From Bradyrhizobium sp. (GTDB lineage Bacteria > Pseudomonadota > Alphaproteobacteria > Rhizobiales > Xanthobacteraceae): a stretch of 64,000 nt of DNA. Below are positions 18,745 to 27,921 of the stretch, one piece after another; positions within the stretch are counted from its first letter, which is position 1; every line of letters starts with the position of its first letter. The position numbers and the translations under genes are program-made. The stretch is taken from contig JAXMDE010000017.1 of NCBI GenBank assembly GCA_046349015.1, forward strand, positions 9,363 to 73,362, in the 5' to 3' direction. The notes under the pieces are model-generated. The model was not told the origin of the DNA. It saw nothing but the letters and a program-made list of their open reading frames with translations, and ran no database searches.

Positions 18745-18770
18745 AACGAGGCAGCCGGGCCGACCGTTCC
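18745..18770 (-). promoter_or_regulatory. sigma-EcfG (general stress) type promoter
   Basis: Minus strand GGAAC-N17-CGTT, matching the alphaproteobacterial EcfG consensus; oriented toward the PepSY-like gene. Confidence 0.6.
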
Positions 18771-18913
18771 CCGCCTTGCCCGGCACATAAGGATGGGGGA
18801 CCGTTGAAACTCGTATGGCCGCACTGCACCACGGATCGCGATGGATGGAACGGCGCCGTGGCTGCAGCCGCGCGCCCGCATAATTGAGGTCGCCGTCTTT
18901 TTCGGACCCCAAG

Positions 18914-19861
18914 CTATTTTGCGTATTTACCCGTCAGCTGCGGGGTGACGTCCGGATAGGCGCCCCGGGTCTTCTCCTTGGCCTCTTCGTGCATCTGCAG
19001 GCGGGTCTTGCGCGCCCAGCTGCGCTTCAGATCGTCCTTGATGCCGAACTTCAGCCGGCCGAGCCCTTCGGTTTCGAGCTCGATGGTGTCGCCGTCCATG
19101 AACGGGTTTAGGCCGCGGTGATTGGTGCCGGTGGCGACGATGTCGCCGGGTAACAGCGTATGGATGGTCGACAGCCAGGCGATGCACTTGGCGATCCTGT
19201 GGCCCATATCGTCGGTGTTGAAGTCCTGCATCAGCGTGCCGTTGTTCCACAGCCTGATCTGCAGCTTCTGCGGATCCCTGATCTCGTCGGCGGTGACGAG
19301 ATAGGGGCCGATCGGCGCGAACGTATCGCGGCTCTTCATCTGGAAGAACACGTTGCCCGGCGGCGGCAGGCCGCGCGCCGAACCGTCGATGAAGTTCATG
19401 TAGCCGAACACGCAAGCCATCGCCTCGGCTTCGCTGACATGGCTGCACTTCCTGCCGATGACCACCGCCATCTCGGCTTCGCCCTCGAAGATCGTGGCCG
19501 GCACGTCGGGCAGCACCATGGTATCGCCGTGACCGATGATCGCGCTCGGCGATTTGTGGAAGGCATTGATCGGCGCCGGCGCGCTGCGCTCGCCATCTTC
19601 CATGTAGTTGACCGCCATGCAGTCGATCGTGCGCGGGCCCGGCACCGGCGGGCGGATGCGGACGCCCGATACCGGGATTCCTGCGCCTCGCGCGACCGCT
19701 GCCTCGAGCCGAGGCCTGTAGCTGTCCCAGCGTTCGATCAGCCCGTTCATCCGGTCGCCGGGGCCGGTATGCGGGATGTCCTTTACCTCGGCGCTGACAT
19801 CGACGACGGCGTCGCCCTTCAGCACGCCGAGCTTGAAATCATCGAAATGGAGCAGCTTCAT
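18914..19861 (-). CDS. fumarylacetoacetate hydrolase family protein
   Basis: AVNY, FHKSPSAI, EGEAEMAVVIG, KSRDTFAPIGP and PGDIVATGT motifs. Confidence 0.9.
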   Translation of the reverse strand: MKLLHFDDFKLGVLKGDAVVDVSAEVKDIPHTGPGDRMNGLIERWDSYRPRLEAAVARGAGIPVSGVRIRPPVPGPRTIDCMAVNYMEDGERSAPAPINAFHKSPSAIIGHGDTMVLPDVPATIFEGEAEMAVVIGRKCSHVSEAEAMACVFGYMNFIDGSARGLPPPGNVFFQMKSRDTFAPIGPYLVTADEIRDPQKLQIRLWNNGTLMQDFNTDDMGHRIAKCIAWLSTIHTLLPGDIVATGTNHRGLNPFMDGDTIELETEGLGRLKFGIKDDLKRSWARKTRLQMHEEAKEKTRGAYPDVTPQLTGKYAK

Positions 19862-19909
19862 CGTGTTCGTCACCTCATCAAGTCGAGCCCGCGATTTCTC
19901 GGCGCGAAC

Positions 19910-20680
19910 CTAAGCCGCGAAATATCCGCCGTCGACAACCTGGGCGGCGCCGGTCATGAACGACGCCTTGTCCGAACACATCCATACCACGGCTTCCGCG
20001 ATCTCTTCCGGGGTGCCCATTCGATGCATCGGCACCTTCGCCAGGATCTCCTCGCCGCGCGCTTCCATGGTCTCCTTGGTCATCGGCGTGGTGATGTAGC
20101 CGGGATTGACGCAGTTTACCCTGATGCCGTCCTGTGCGTATTCCATCGCTGCGGTTTTCGTCAGGCCCACCACGCCATGCTTGGCCGCGACATAGTGGGA
20201 AGATGTGGGCAAGCCGATCAGGCCCGCAATCGACGCGGTGTTGACGATGGCACCCCCGCTCCCCTGCGCCAGCATCTGCTTGATCTCGTACTTCAGGCAC
20301 AGGAACACGCCGGTGAGGTTGACTGCCAGCATTCCGTCGAAAGACGTCCGGCTTATTTCATGCACGCGCTGTCCCGCGGGCCCGACGGCGCGCGCGTTGA
20401 TCCCCGCATTGTTGAAGGCACAATCGAGTCGGCCGAAGGCCGCGACGGTCCGCGCGATCATCGCGGCCACGTCGTCCTCCCGTGTCACGTCGCTGCTGAT
20501 GGCAATGGCCTGACCGCCAGCCGTGTTGATCAGTCCGACGGTGGCGGACGCGCCCGATTCGGCGCGGTCGGCTACCGCCACGCGGGCACCCTCCCGAGCC
20601 ATGGCTGCCGCGGTCGCGCGTCCGATCCCCGACGCGCCGCCCGTCACCAGTGCGACTTTTCCATTCAGAATGCCTGTCAT
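19910..20680 (-). CDS. SDR-family oxidoreductase
   Basis: TGGASGIG, NNAG, YVAAKHG and VNPGYITT motifs. Confidence 0.93.
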   Translation of the reverse strand: MTGILNGKVALVTGGASGIGRATAAAMAREGARVAVADRAESGASATVGLINTAGGQAIAISSDVTREDDVAAMIARTVAAFGRLDCAFNNAGINARAVGPAGQRVHEISRTSFDGMLAVNLTGVFLCLKYEIKQMLAQGSGGAIVNTASIAGLIGLPTSSHYVAAKHGVVGLTKTAAMEYAQDGIRVNCVNPGYITTPMTKETMEARGEEILAKVPMHRMGTPEEIAEAVVWMCSDKASFMTGAAQVVDGGYFAA

Positions 20681-20707
20681 GGCGAAATACCCTTCACCTG
20701 CGCGGCG

Positions 20708-21616
20708 CTACTTTGCCGCGTGGCTTGCCTTGCTGCCTCCGACGATCACGCCCGCTTTCTTTTCGATCGGCTTGATCGCCTCGGTGAAGTCCGACTCCGC
20801 GCCCTGTTCGCGGATGATGGCCTCCCAGAGCCGGCCGACCGCTTCGGCGACTTCCATCGAAAGCCCGAGCGAGCGCATCTCCTCCACCGCCAGCCGCACG
20901 TCCTTCACCATCAGTCCCGTGGCAAAGCCGTAGTCGAAACTGCGCGGCAGCACCGAGCGCGGAAACTTGTCGCGGCTCGCGGTGTTCAGGCCGGATCCCG
21001 CATTGATGACGTCGATCATCACGGCAGCATCGAGGCCGGACTTCACGCCCATCGTCACGGCTTCGCATGTGGCCACCATCGCGGTTGCCGACAGGAAATT
21101 GTTGGCGAGCTTCATGGTCTGGCCGGCGCCGGGCTTTTCACCAATGTAGAACACCTTGCCGATCACGCCGAGCGCCGCCTTCAGCAGCTCGAAATCGGCG
21201 CGCGGGCCGGACACCATCACCGCCAGCGTGCCCTTTTCGGCCCCGCCGACGCCGCCGCTCACGGGGCTGTCGATCTGCACGATGTTCTTTTTCGCGAGCA
21301 GGTCGTGGATCTTCACTGCCATCTGCGAGCCGACGGTGGACAGATCGACGAAGCGCTTGACGCGCTTGCCCTCGATCACGCCGCCCTTGCCGGTGGCGAC
21401 CTCGAGCGAAGCCTGCAGCGAGGGCAGGCTCGCCATCACGGTCTCGACCTCGTCGGCGATGGCTTTGGGCGAGGCGGCTGCCTTCGCACCGAGTGCCGTG
21501 AGCCTGTCGATGGCTGCCTTCTGCGTGTCGAAAACCGTGAGCTTGTGCCCGGCCTCGATCAGCCGGCGCGCCATCGGGAAGCCCATGTTTCCGAGGCCGA
21601 TAAATCCGATATCCAT
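20708..21616 (-). CDS. beta-hydroxyacid dehydrogenase (3-hydroxyisobutyrate dehydrogenase family)
   Basis: IGFIGLGNMGFPM, DSPVSGG, KLANN and LMVKD motifs. Confidence 0.9.
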   Translation of the reverse strand: MDIGFIGLGNMGFPMARRLIEAGHKLTVFDTQKAAIDRLTALGAKAAASPKAIADEVETVMASLPSLQASLEVATGKGGVIEGKRVKRFVDLSTVGSQMAVKIHDLLAKKNIVQIDSPVSGGVGGAEKGTLAVMVSGPRADFELLKAALGVIGKVFYIGEKPGAGQTMKLANNFLSATAMVATCEAVTMGVKSGLDAAVMIDVINAGSGLNTASRDKFPRSVLPRSFDYGFATGLMVKDVRLAVEEMRSLGLSMEVAEAVGRLWEAIIREQGAESDFTEAIKPIEKKAGVIVGGSKASHAAK

Positions 21617-21647
21617 GATGAAATCCTGATGTGTCCTGGGACGGTTA

Positions 21648-21755
21648 TCATCCTGCGGAGGGCGCCTGGCGGCCTCTCGGAGGATGAATTGCTTTGGTTC
21701 GGTTACGACGGGCCCTTGGTTCGAGACGGCGCGGTGCGCCTTCTCACCCCAGGGG
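21648..21755. repeat. degenerate bipartite palindromic repeat (TCATCCTG-GGAG...TTCGAGACG type)
   Basis: tcatcctgcggagggcgcc...ctcggaggatga and ggttcgagacggcgc...gcgccttctcacc half-elements. Confidence 0.5.
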
Positions 21756-21762
21756 TTTGGCA

Positions 21763-22143
21763 TCACTCCTTGTCGATCTCCGCGAACACCTCGCGGGCGA
21801 TGCGAACACCGTCCACCGCTGCCGGCATGCCGGCGTAGATCGCGACCTGCATCAGGATTTCGCGGATCTCCTCTCGCGTGACGCCGTTGGTCAGCGCGCC
21901 CTTCAGATGCGTGCGCAATTCATGCGGCCGGTTGAGGATCGAGATCATGGCGATGTTGAGCATGCTGCGCGTCTTGCGCGGCAGTTCCTCGCGGCCCCAG
22001 ACCGCGCCCCAGCAATATTCGTTGAGCAGGTCCTGCAACGGCGCGTTGAAGCTGTCGACGTTCTTCATGGCATTCGTGACAAAGGCCTCGCCGAGCACGG
22101 CCTTGCGAATGCCCAGTCCCTTGTCCCACATCTTCTGGTCCAT
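21763..22143 (-). CDS. carboxymuconolactone decarboxylase family protein
   Basis: GLGIRKAVLG, EYCWGAVWGR, RSMLNIAM, HLKGALTNG and YAGMPAA motifs. Confidence 0.9.
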   Translation of the reverse strand: MDQKMWDKGLGIRKAVLGEAFVTNAMKNVDSFNAPLQDLLNEYCWGAVWGREELPRKTRSMLNIAMISILNRPHELRTHLKGALTNGVTREEIREILMQVAIYAGMPAAVDGVRIAREVFAEIDKE

Positions 22144-22170
22144 GACGTTTCCCCTTTGAGAGCAATTTGG

Positions 22171-22220
22171 CGAGCATGATCCAGAAACCTGGATAGCGGT
22201 TCCGGACCGGATCATGCTCG
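22171..22220. repeat. GAGCATGATC...GATCATGCTC palindromic repeat, copy 1
   Basis: cgagcatgatcc...ggatcatgctcg; related copies at 26496, 33388 and 43280. Confidence 0.75.
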
Positions 22221-22372
22221 AACAGGATGGTTCTGAAGGGGAAATTACGGGCTCTGCCCGCGCCAGTCACGCCTTCGTGTTATGCGCCATGAGGGGTGGG
22301 ATAGGGCGGGGAACGCGTGCCTCGGGGCCGCCTTTATGTTAGTGTCTGCTTCGCTCAACTCCGGAGATGTTG

Positions 22373-24952
22373 TTGAACGGCGGTAAACCCGATCCCTCCA
22401 AGCCCGTGCGCGAGCCGGACGATCTGGCGCGGCTGAAATTGTCGCAGGCCCTGGATCGGGCCAGTTGGGCGATTGCGTGGGAGCGCGCATGGCCGCCTCT
22501 GGCGCGGCTTTTGACCGTTGCCGGATTGTTCCTCACCGTTTCCTGGGCCGGCCTGTGGCTGGCGCTGCCGTTCACGGCGCGTGCCGCCGGGCTCGTCCTG
22601 TTTGTCGCCGCCGCCATTGCCGCGGTATGGCCGCTGATTCGCTTTCGCTGGCCGACCCGCACCGAGGCGCTGGGCCGCCTCGACCGCGGCACCGGTATCC
22701 GCCATCGCCCCGCCACCGCGCTGACCGACACCGTCGCCACCCAGGACCCGGTGGCGCTGGCGCTGTGGCAGGAGAGCCGTGCGCGCACGCTCGCGTCGCT
22801 GACGCGTATCCGCGCCGGCCTGCCGTCGCCACGGCTCGTCATCCACGATCCATGGGCGGTGCGCGGCCTGGTCGTCATCATGATGGTCGCGGCCTGGGTC
22901 GCCGCCGGCGACGAGCGCAATCTGCGCGTCGCCTCTGCCTTTGACTGGAACGGCGTGCTGACGCCGACGAATATCCGCGTCGATGCCTGGGTGACGCCGC
23001 CGGTCTACACCGGCCGGCCGCCGATCATCCTGTCCTCCGCCAACAAGGAGGGCGCGCTGCCCGCGGGCGGCCCGCTGGCGGTGCCTTCGGGCAGCGCGGT
23101 GACCGTGCGCTCCTCGGGCGGCACGCTCGATGTCGTCGTAAGTGGTGGCGTGACTGAAGCGGCTGCGACGGAACAGGCGCCCAAGGGTACCAATGAGCGT
23201 CACTTCACGGTGTCGGGCGACGGCACGGTTCACGTCCGTGCGCCTTCCGGCCAGCCGCAATGGAAGTTTGCCGCCACGCCCGATCGCCCGCCGACGATTG
23301 CGCTGGCAAAGGATCCCGAGCGGCAGCCGCGCGGTGCGCTGCAGCTGTCCTACAAGGTCGAGGACGACTACGGCGTCACCGAAGCGCGCGCCCAGTTCGT
23401 CGCGCGCAGCGCCGAAGCCGACAAGGGCGCGGCTGCGCCGCGGCCGCTGTTCGAGCCGCCGCAGTTCCCGCTGGTGCTGCCGAACGCGCGCACCCGCAAC
23501 GGCGTCGGCCAGACGCTCAAGGATCTCGGCGAAGACCCCTATGCGGGGGCCGATGTCACGCTGACGCTGACGGCCAAGGACGAGGCCGGCAACACCGGCA
23601 GGAGCGAGCCGTTCAACATGCGCCTGCCGGAGCGGCTGTTCTCCAAGCCGCTCGCGCGCGCGTTGATCGAGCAGCGCCGCATCCTTGCGCTCGATGCCAA
23701 CCAGAATGACAAGGTTTTTGCCGCGATCGACGCGCTGATGATCGCGCCGGAGCTGTTCACGCCGCAGGCCGGGCATTATCTCGGCCTGTATTCCGTCGCG
23801 CGCGAGCTCGAGGCGGCCCGCACCGACGATGCCCTGCGCGCCGTCGTCGCCAGCCTTTGGGCGCTGGCCGTCACCGTCGAGGACGGCGATATTTCCGACG
23901 TCGAGAAGGCGCTGCGCGCGGCAGAAGAAGCGCTCAAGCAGGCGCTCGAGCGCGGCGCCAGCGACGAGGAGATCAAGAAGCTCACCGACAATTTGCGTGC
24001 GGCGATGGACAAGTACCTGCGCCAGCTCGCCGAGCAGCTCAAGAACAATCCGCAGCAATTGTCGCGCCCGCTCGATCCCAACACGAAATTCCTGACCCAG
24101 CGCGATCTCGACAGCATGCTGCGGCAGATCGAGCAGGAGGCGCGCCGCGGCAACCATGCGAAGGCAGCCGAGCTGCTCAAGCAGTTCAGCGACATGATGC
24201 GCGAGATGCAGATGGCGCAGCCCGGTCAGGGCGGCGACAGCGAAATGGAGCAGGCGCTCAACGAGCTCGGCGACATGATCCGCAAGCAGCAGCAGCTCCG
24301 CGACAAGACCTACAAGCAGGGCCAGGATTCGCGACGCGACCGCATGCGCGGCAAGCAGGGCAACCAGGGCAACCAGGAAATGGGCGAGCTGCAGCAGGAT
24401 CAGCAGGCGCTGCGCGACCGCCTGAAGAAGCTGCAGGAGGAGCTCGCCAAGCGCGGCATGAGCCCCGGCCAGCGCGGTGACAAGGGCCAGCGCGGCGATC
24501 AGCAGGGCATGCAGGGCCAAGGCGGGCAGGGCGATCAGGGCGACGGCGAGGACGGCTTCGACGAGGCCGACAACGCGATGGGCGATGCGACCGGCCGCCT
24601 CGGCGAGGGCAATTCCGACGGCGCCGTCGACGCGCAGGGCAAGGCGCTCGAGGCGCTGCGCAAGGGCGCGCAGAGCCTTGCCGACTCCATGCAGCCGGGC
24701 GACGGCGATGGTCAGATGGACGGCCCCGGTCCCGGCAACCGCGCCGGCCGCCAGTCGCCGAGCGCCAACAGGACCGATCCGCTCGGTCGCCAGTTCGGCC
24801 GCGACATCGACGACCTCACCGTGAAGATTCCCGGCGAGCTCGATGTCGAGCGCGTCCGCCGCATCCTCGAAGAGCTGCGCCGCCGCCTCGCCGATCCCAA
24901 CCGTCCGCAGGTCGAGCTCGACTATATCGAGCGGCTGCTGAAGGATTATTGA
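22373..24952 (+). CDS. TIGR02302/DUF4175 family membrane-anchored protein
   Basis: WERAWP, DAWVTPPVYTGRPP, DDYG, Gln/Gly-rich coiled coil, DPLGR and ELDYIERLL. TTG start 22373 (alternative ATG 22367). Confidence 0.88.
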   Translation: MNGGKPDPSKPVREPDDLARLKLSQALDRASWAIAWERAWPPLARLLTVAGLFLTVSWAGLWLALPFTARAAGLVLFVAAAIAAVWPLIRFRWPTRTEALGRLDRGTGIRHRPATALTDTVATQDPVALALWQESRARTLASLTRIRAGLPSPRLVIHDPWAVRGLVVIMMVAAWVAAGDERNLRVASAFDWNGVLTPTNIRVDAWVTPPVYTGRPPIILSSANKEGALPAGGPLAVPSGSAVTVRSSGGTLDVVVSGGVTEAAATEQAPKGTNERHFTVSGDGTVHVRAPSGQPQWKFAATPDRPPTIALAKDPERQPRGALQLSYKVEDDYGVTEARAQFVARSAEADKGAAAPRPLFEPPQFPLVLPNARTRNGVGQTLKDLGEDPYAGADVTLTLTAKDEAGNTGRSEPFNMRLPERLFSKPLARALIEQRRILALDANQNDKVFAAIDALMIAPELFTPQAGHYLGLYSVARELEAARTDDALRAVVASLWALAVTVEDGDISDVEKALRAAEEALKQALERGASDEEIKKLTDNLRAAMDKYLRQLAEQLKNNPQQLSRPLDPNTKFLTQRDLDSMLRQIEQEARRGNHAKAAELLKQFSDMMREMQMAQPGQGGDSEMEQALNELGDMIRKQQQLRDKTYKQGQDSRRDRMRGKQGNQGNQEMGELQQDQQALRDRLKKLQEELAKRGMSPGQRGDKGQRGDQQGMQGQGGQGDQGDGEDGFDEADNAMGDATGRLGEGNSDGAVDAQGKALEALRKGAQSLADSMQPGDGDGQMDGPGPGNRAGRQSPSANRTDPLGRQFGRDIDDLTVKIPGELDVERVRRILEELRRRLADPNRPQVELDYIERLLKDY

Positions 24953-24987
24953 TCGCGCATCTCCGCGATCGACGTCCGGCCAAATAC

Positions 24988-25419
24988 CTACCGGCAACGC
25001 GGATAGATGGCGGCCAGCTCGCGCCCGCGCAGCAGCAGCATCCGCGATGTCAGCCCGCCGCGCCGGCTGATCCAGTTGCGGATCGGCTCGGGATAGGCTT
25101 CATGCACCGCCTTCGAGGCTTCCGGCTCGGCATATACTCGCCCGCGCCGGTCGATCGAGCGTGCGGCATGGAATCCGAGCACCGCGCGCTGCGTCACGCA
25201 GATGCGCTCGCTCGGCACCGTCATCAGCACCAGCGTGCAGGCGGAAAGGCAGGGTCCGTCGATCACCACGCGCTCGCCGGATTCACGCACCCTGTCGAAC
25301 AGCTCGATGAACGGGCCGACCTGTCCGCCGGGACTGGAGAGAATACGCACCTCCGCGCGCGCAGACGCAATGCCTGCGCAAAGCGCCAGAGCGGCGATGA
25401 GAACTCGCGAATGCGTCAT
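24988..25419 (-). CDS. conserved secreted hypothetical protein (ClpP/crotonase-like motifs)
   Basis: Signal peptide MTHSRVLIAALALCAGIASARA, then SSPGG, IDGPCLSACT and LGFHAA. Confidence 0.7.
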   Translation of the reverse strand: MTHSRVLIAALALCAGIASARAEVRILSSPGGQVGPFIELFDRVRESGERVVIDGPCLSACTLVLMTVPSERICVTQRAVLGFHAARSIDRRGRVYAEPEASKAVHEAYPEPIRNWISRRGGLTSRMLLLRGRELAAIYPRCR

Positions 25420-25469
25420 GCGATCCACCCGATGGCATGAGATAGGCCCGTACTTTGTTCGCAACAAGG

Positions 25470-26483
25470 TCAGGCGCGGCCGGAAACGCCGGCTTCCCCG
25501 AAGGTTGCCATCCCATTGTGGCAGGCCAGTGCCGCCCGCAGCAGAAGGATTGCGGTCGCCGCGCCCGAAGCCTCGCCCAGCCGCATGCCGAGGTCGAGCA
25601 GCGGAGCGAGCTGCATCGCCTCGAGCAGTGCGCGATGCCCGGACTCGGCCGATACATGCCCGGCGCGGCAGTGATCGAGCGCATCGTCCGCAAGCCGCGT
25701 CAGCGGCAGCACCGCCGCCGTCGCCACGAAGCCGTCGAGCAGCACCGCGACGCCACGGCGCCGTGCCGCCAGCACGCTGCCGGCAATGGCGGCAAGCTCG
25801 CGTCCGCCGAAGCAGGCGGCGGCTCGAAGCGGATCGGCGATGACGTCGCGATGAAACTCGAGCGCGGCCTCGATCGTCCTGCGCTTGCGGGCGAGTCCTT
25901 CGTCGTCGACGCCGGTGCCGCGGCCGGTCCATCGCTCGGCGCCCCCGCCAAGCAGCGCCGCACAGAGCGCGGCGGCCGCGGTGGTGTTGGCGATTCCCAT
26001 CTCGCCGACGACCAGGAGGTCGCACGCTTCCGGCACGCTGCGATAGCCGATATCGACGGCGCGCAGGAATTCGTCCGCATCCATTGCCGCGGCCGTGACG
26101 AAATCGCGGGTGGGGCGGTCCAGCTCGATCGCCTCCACCTTCAGATCAGCGCCCGCAAGCCTTGCGATCTGGTTGATGGCGGCACCACCGGCGGAGAAAT
26201 TCGCCACCATCTGCGCCGTCACCTCGGCCGGATAGGCCGAGACGCCGCGTGCGGCGACGCCGTGATTGCCGGCGAATACGTTGATCGCGACGCGATCGAG
26301 CCGCGGCCGGTCGCGGCCCTGCCATCGCGCCAGCCAGATCGCGAGCTCTTCCAGCCGGCCGAGGCTGCCCGGCGGCTTCGTCAGCATTTGCTGCCGCGCT
26401 GCGGCCAGCTCGGCGGCGCGCGAATCGCCCTTGGACAGGTCGCGGCAAAAGGCGCGGATGGCGTCGAGCTCGTCAAATTGCAT
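25470..26483 (-). CDS. cobT: nicotinate-nucleotide--dimethylbenzimidazole phosphoribosyltransferase
   Basis: LTKPPGSLGRLE, GEMGIANTT, GRGTG, GGRELAA and MRLGEASGA motifs. Confidence 0.95.
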   Translation of the reverse strand: MQFDELDAIRAFCRDLSKGDSRAAELAAARQQMLTKPPGSLGRLEELAIWLARWQGRDRPRLDRVAINVFAGNHGVAARGVSAYPAEVTAQMVANFSAGGAAINQIARLAGADLKVEAIELDRPTRDFVTAAAMDADEFLRAVDIGYRSVPEACDLLVVGEMGIANTTAAAALCAALLGGGAERWTGRGTGVDDEGLARKRRTIEAALEFHRDVIADPLRAAACFGGRELAAIAGSVLAARRRGVAVLLDGFVATAAVLPLTRLADDALDHCRAGHVSAESGHRALLEAMQLAPLLDLGMRLGEASGAATAILLLRAALACHNGMATFGEAGVSGRA

Positions 26484-26495
26484 TGTGAATCTCCC

Positions 26496-26540
26496 GCATG
26501 ATCCCGAAAAGTGGACGGCGGTTTTCGGATAGGATCATGC
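26496..26540. repeat. GCATGATC...GATCATGC palindromic repeat, copy 2
   Basis: gcatgatcccgaaaagtggacggcggttttcggataggatcatgc in the cobT/cobS divergent spacer. Confidence 0.75.
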
Positions 26541-26592
26541 GCAAACAAGAATCGGGGGCGCAAAGCTAAATCGATTCCCGGACCTTTCCAGC

Positions 26593-27345
26593 ATGAATGA
26601 ATGGCTTGACGATTTCAAAACCGCGATCGCGTTTCTGACTCGCCTGCCGATGCCGCATCCGCAGGGTCCGATGCCGCCGAACTTCGTGCGCGCCCACCGG
26701 ATGTTTCCGCTCGTCGGCGCGCTGATCGGCGCTGCGATCGGCCTGCTTTGCCTGGCGCTGCGTGCCGCGGGCCTGCCCGATCTTGCTGCCGCGGCGCTGG
26801 CGCTAGGCGGCGGCATGATGCTGACCGGCGGACTGCACGAGGACGGGCTTGCCGACGTTGCCGACGGCTTTGGCGGCGGCCGCGATATTGCGGCGAAACT
26901 GGAGATCATGCGCGACAGCCGGCTCGGTACCTATGGCGCGCTGGCGCTGCTGGTGAGCTTTGCGGCGAAGCTTTCGGCACTCGCCGCGCTGCCCGATGCG
27001 CGGATCGTGTACGGCATGATCGCCGCGCATGCGCTGGCGCGGGGCGTGTTGCCCGTGATGTCGCTCAATCTGCCTTACGCGCGCAAGGACGGGCTCGCCG
27101 CCAATGCCGGCCGGCCCGATGCCGCTGTCGCATTGGCGGCGATGGCGATCGCGCTCGTCATCGCGCTGCTTGCGTTGTCATGGGCGAATGCGTTCTGGGC
27201 AGCGCTGGTGACGGCGATCGGCGCGCTCGTCATGGCATGGCTCGCCCGGCGTCAGATCGGCGGCCAGACCGGAGACGTGCTGGGCGCCACCGAGCAAGTC
27301 GCCGAGACGGCGGTGCTGCTACTGCTCGCTGCGCGGGTCGGCTGA
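26593..27345 (+). CDS. cobS: adenosylcobinamide-GDP ribazoletransferase (cobalamin synthase)
   Basis: FLTRLP, TGGLHEDGLADVADG, IMRDSRLGTYG and GGQTGDVLGA motifs. Confidence 0.95.
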   Translation: MNEWLDDFKTAIAFLTRLPMPHPQGPMPPNFVRAHRMFPLVGALIGAAIGLLCLALRAAGLPDLAAAALALGGGMMLTGGLHEDGLADVADGFGGGRDIAAKLEIMRDSRLGTYGALALLVSFAAKLSALAALPDARIVYGMIAAHALARGVLPVMSLNLPYARKDGLAANAGRPDAAVALAAMAIALVIALLALSWANAFWAALVTAIGALVMAWLARRQIGGQTGDVLGATEQVAETAVLLLLAARVG

Positions 27346-27347
27346 CT

Positions 27348-27914
27348 ATGGGTGCGCAGACCAATCTCTGGCTGATCCGCCACGCCCCGGTCGACGGCCC
27401 GCGCGGCGTGATCCATGCGCCCGATGCGCCGGCCGACCTCCGCGACGCTGCGGCGACGGCGGCGCTGAAAGCGAAGCTGCCCGCGGCGGCCTTCGCCGTG
27501 TGCAGCCCTGCGCGGCGGACGCGCGAGACGGCGCGCGCACTCGGGCTCGATGCGGTGGAAAATGCGGCTTTCCGCGAACAGGACTTTGGCGAATGGACCG
27601 GCCGCCGCCACGACGATCTCGTCGCCGAGCTTGGCCAAGCCTACCGCGACTTCTGGAAGTCGCCGGCCGGCAACCGTCCGCCGGGCGGCGAGAGCTTTGT
27701 CGATCAGATCGCCCGAGCTCGCACGGGACTGGCCGTGCTGCCGACCGGCGATGCGGTGCTGGTCGTGCACTCCGGCACCGTCCGCGCCTTGCTCGCGATC
27801 GCGCTGGATCTTTCGCCCGACAGCGCGCTGCGATTTGTGATCGATCCCTTGTCGCTGACGCGGATCGACCGGCTGGAAAACGGCTGGCGCGTCGTTGCGG
27901 TGAATCAGCGCTAG
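27348..27914 (+). CDS. histidine phosphatase family protein, probable alpha-ribazole phosphatase (CobC-like)
   Basis: LIRHAP, SPARR, EQDFGEW, PGGES and VVHSG motifs; follows cobS. Confidence 0.82.
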   Translation: MGAQTNLWLIRHAPVDGPRGVIHAPDAPADLRDAAATAALKAKLPAAAFAVCSPARRTRETARALGLDAVENAAFREQDFGEWTGRRHDDLVAELGQAYRDFWKSPAGNRPPGGESFVDQIARARTGLAVLPTGDAVLVVHSGTVRALLAIALDLSPDSALRFVIDPLSLTRIDRLENGWRVVAVNQR

Positions 27915-27921
27915 CCGGGGC

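Larger units (their letters stand above)
18015..18867 (+). repeat. 34-bp direct repeat (lysA 3' end duplicated) bounding a ~0.8-kb islet
   Basis: 18015-18048 gatcgcgatggatcgaacggcgccatggctgtag vs 18834-18867 gatcgcgatggatggaacggcgccgtggctgcag (31/34). Partial third copy at 18053-18068. Confidence 0.8.

Noticed and set aside
19160-21838. 892-aa plus-strand ORF
   Set aside because: Antisense shadow of three well-supported minus-strand enzymes, typical of high-GC codon bias; no recognisable motifs.
22355-24997. 880-aa minus-strand ORF
   Set aside because: Antisense shadow of the DUF4175 gene.
26484-26592. Cobalamin riboswitch between cobT and cobS
   Set aside because: Spacer is only 109 bp, largely a palindromic repeat, and has no B12-box (GCCACTG/GGGAAG) core.
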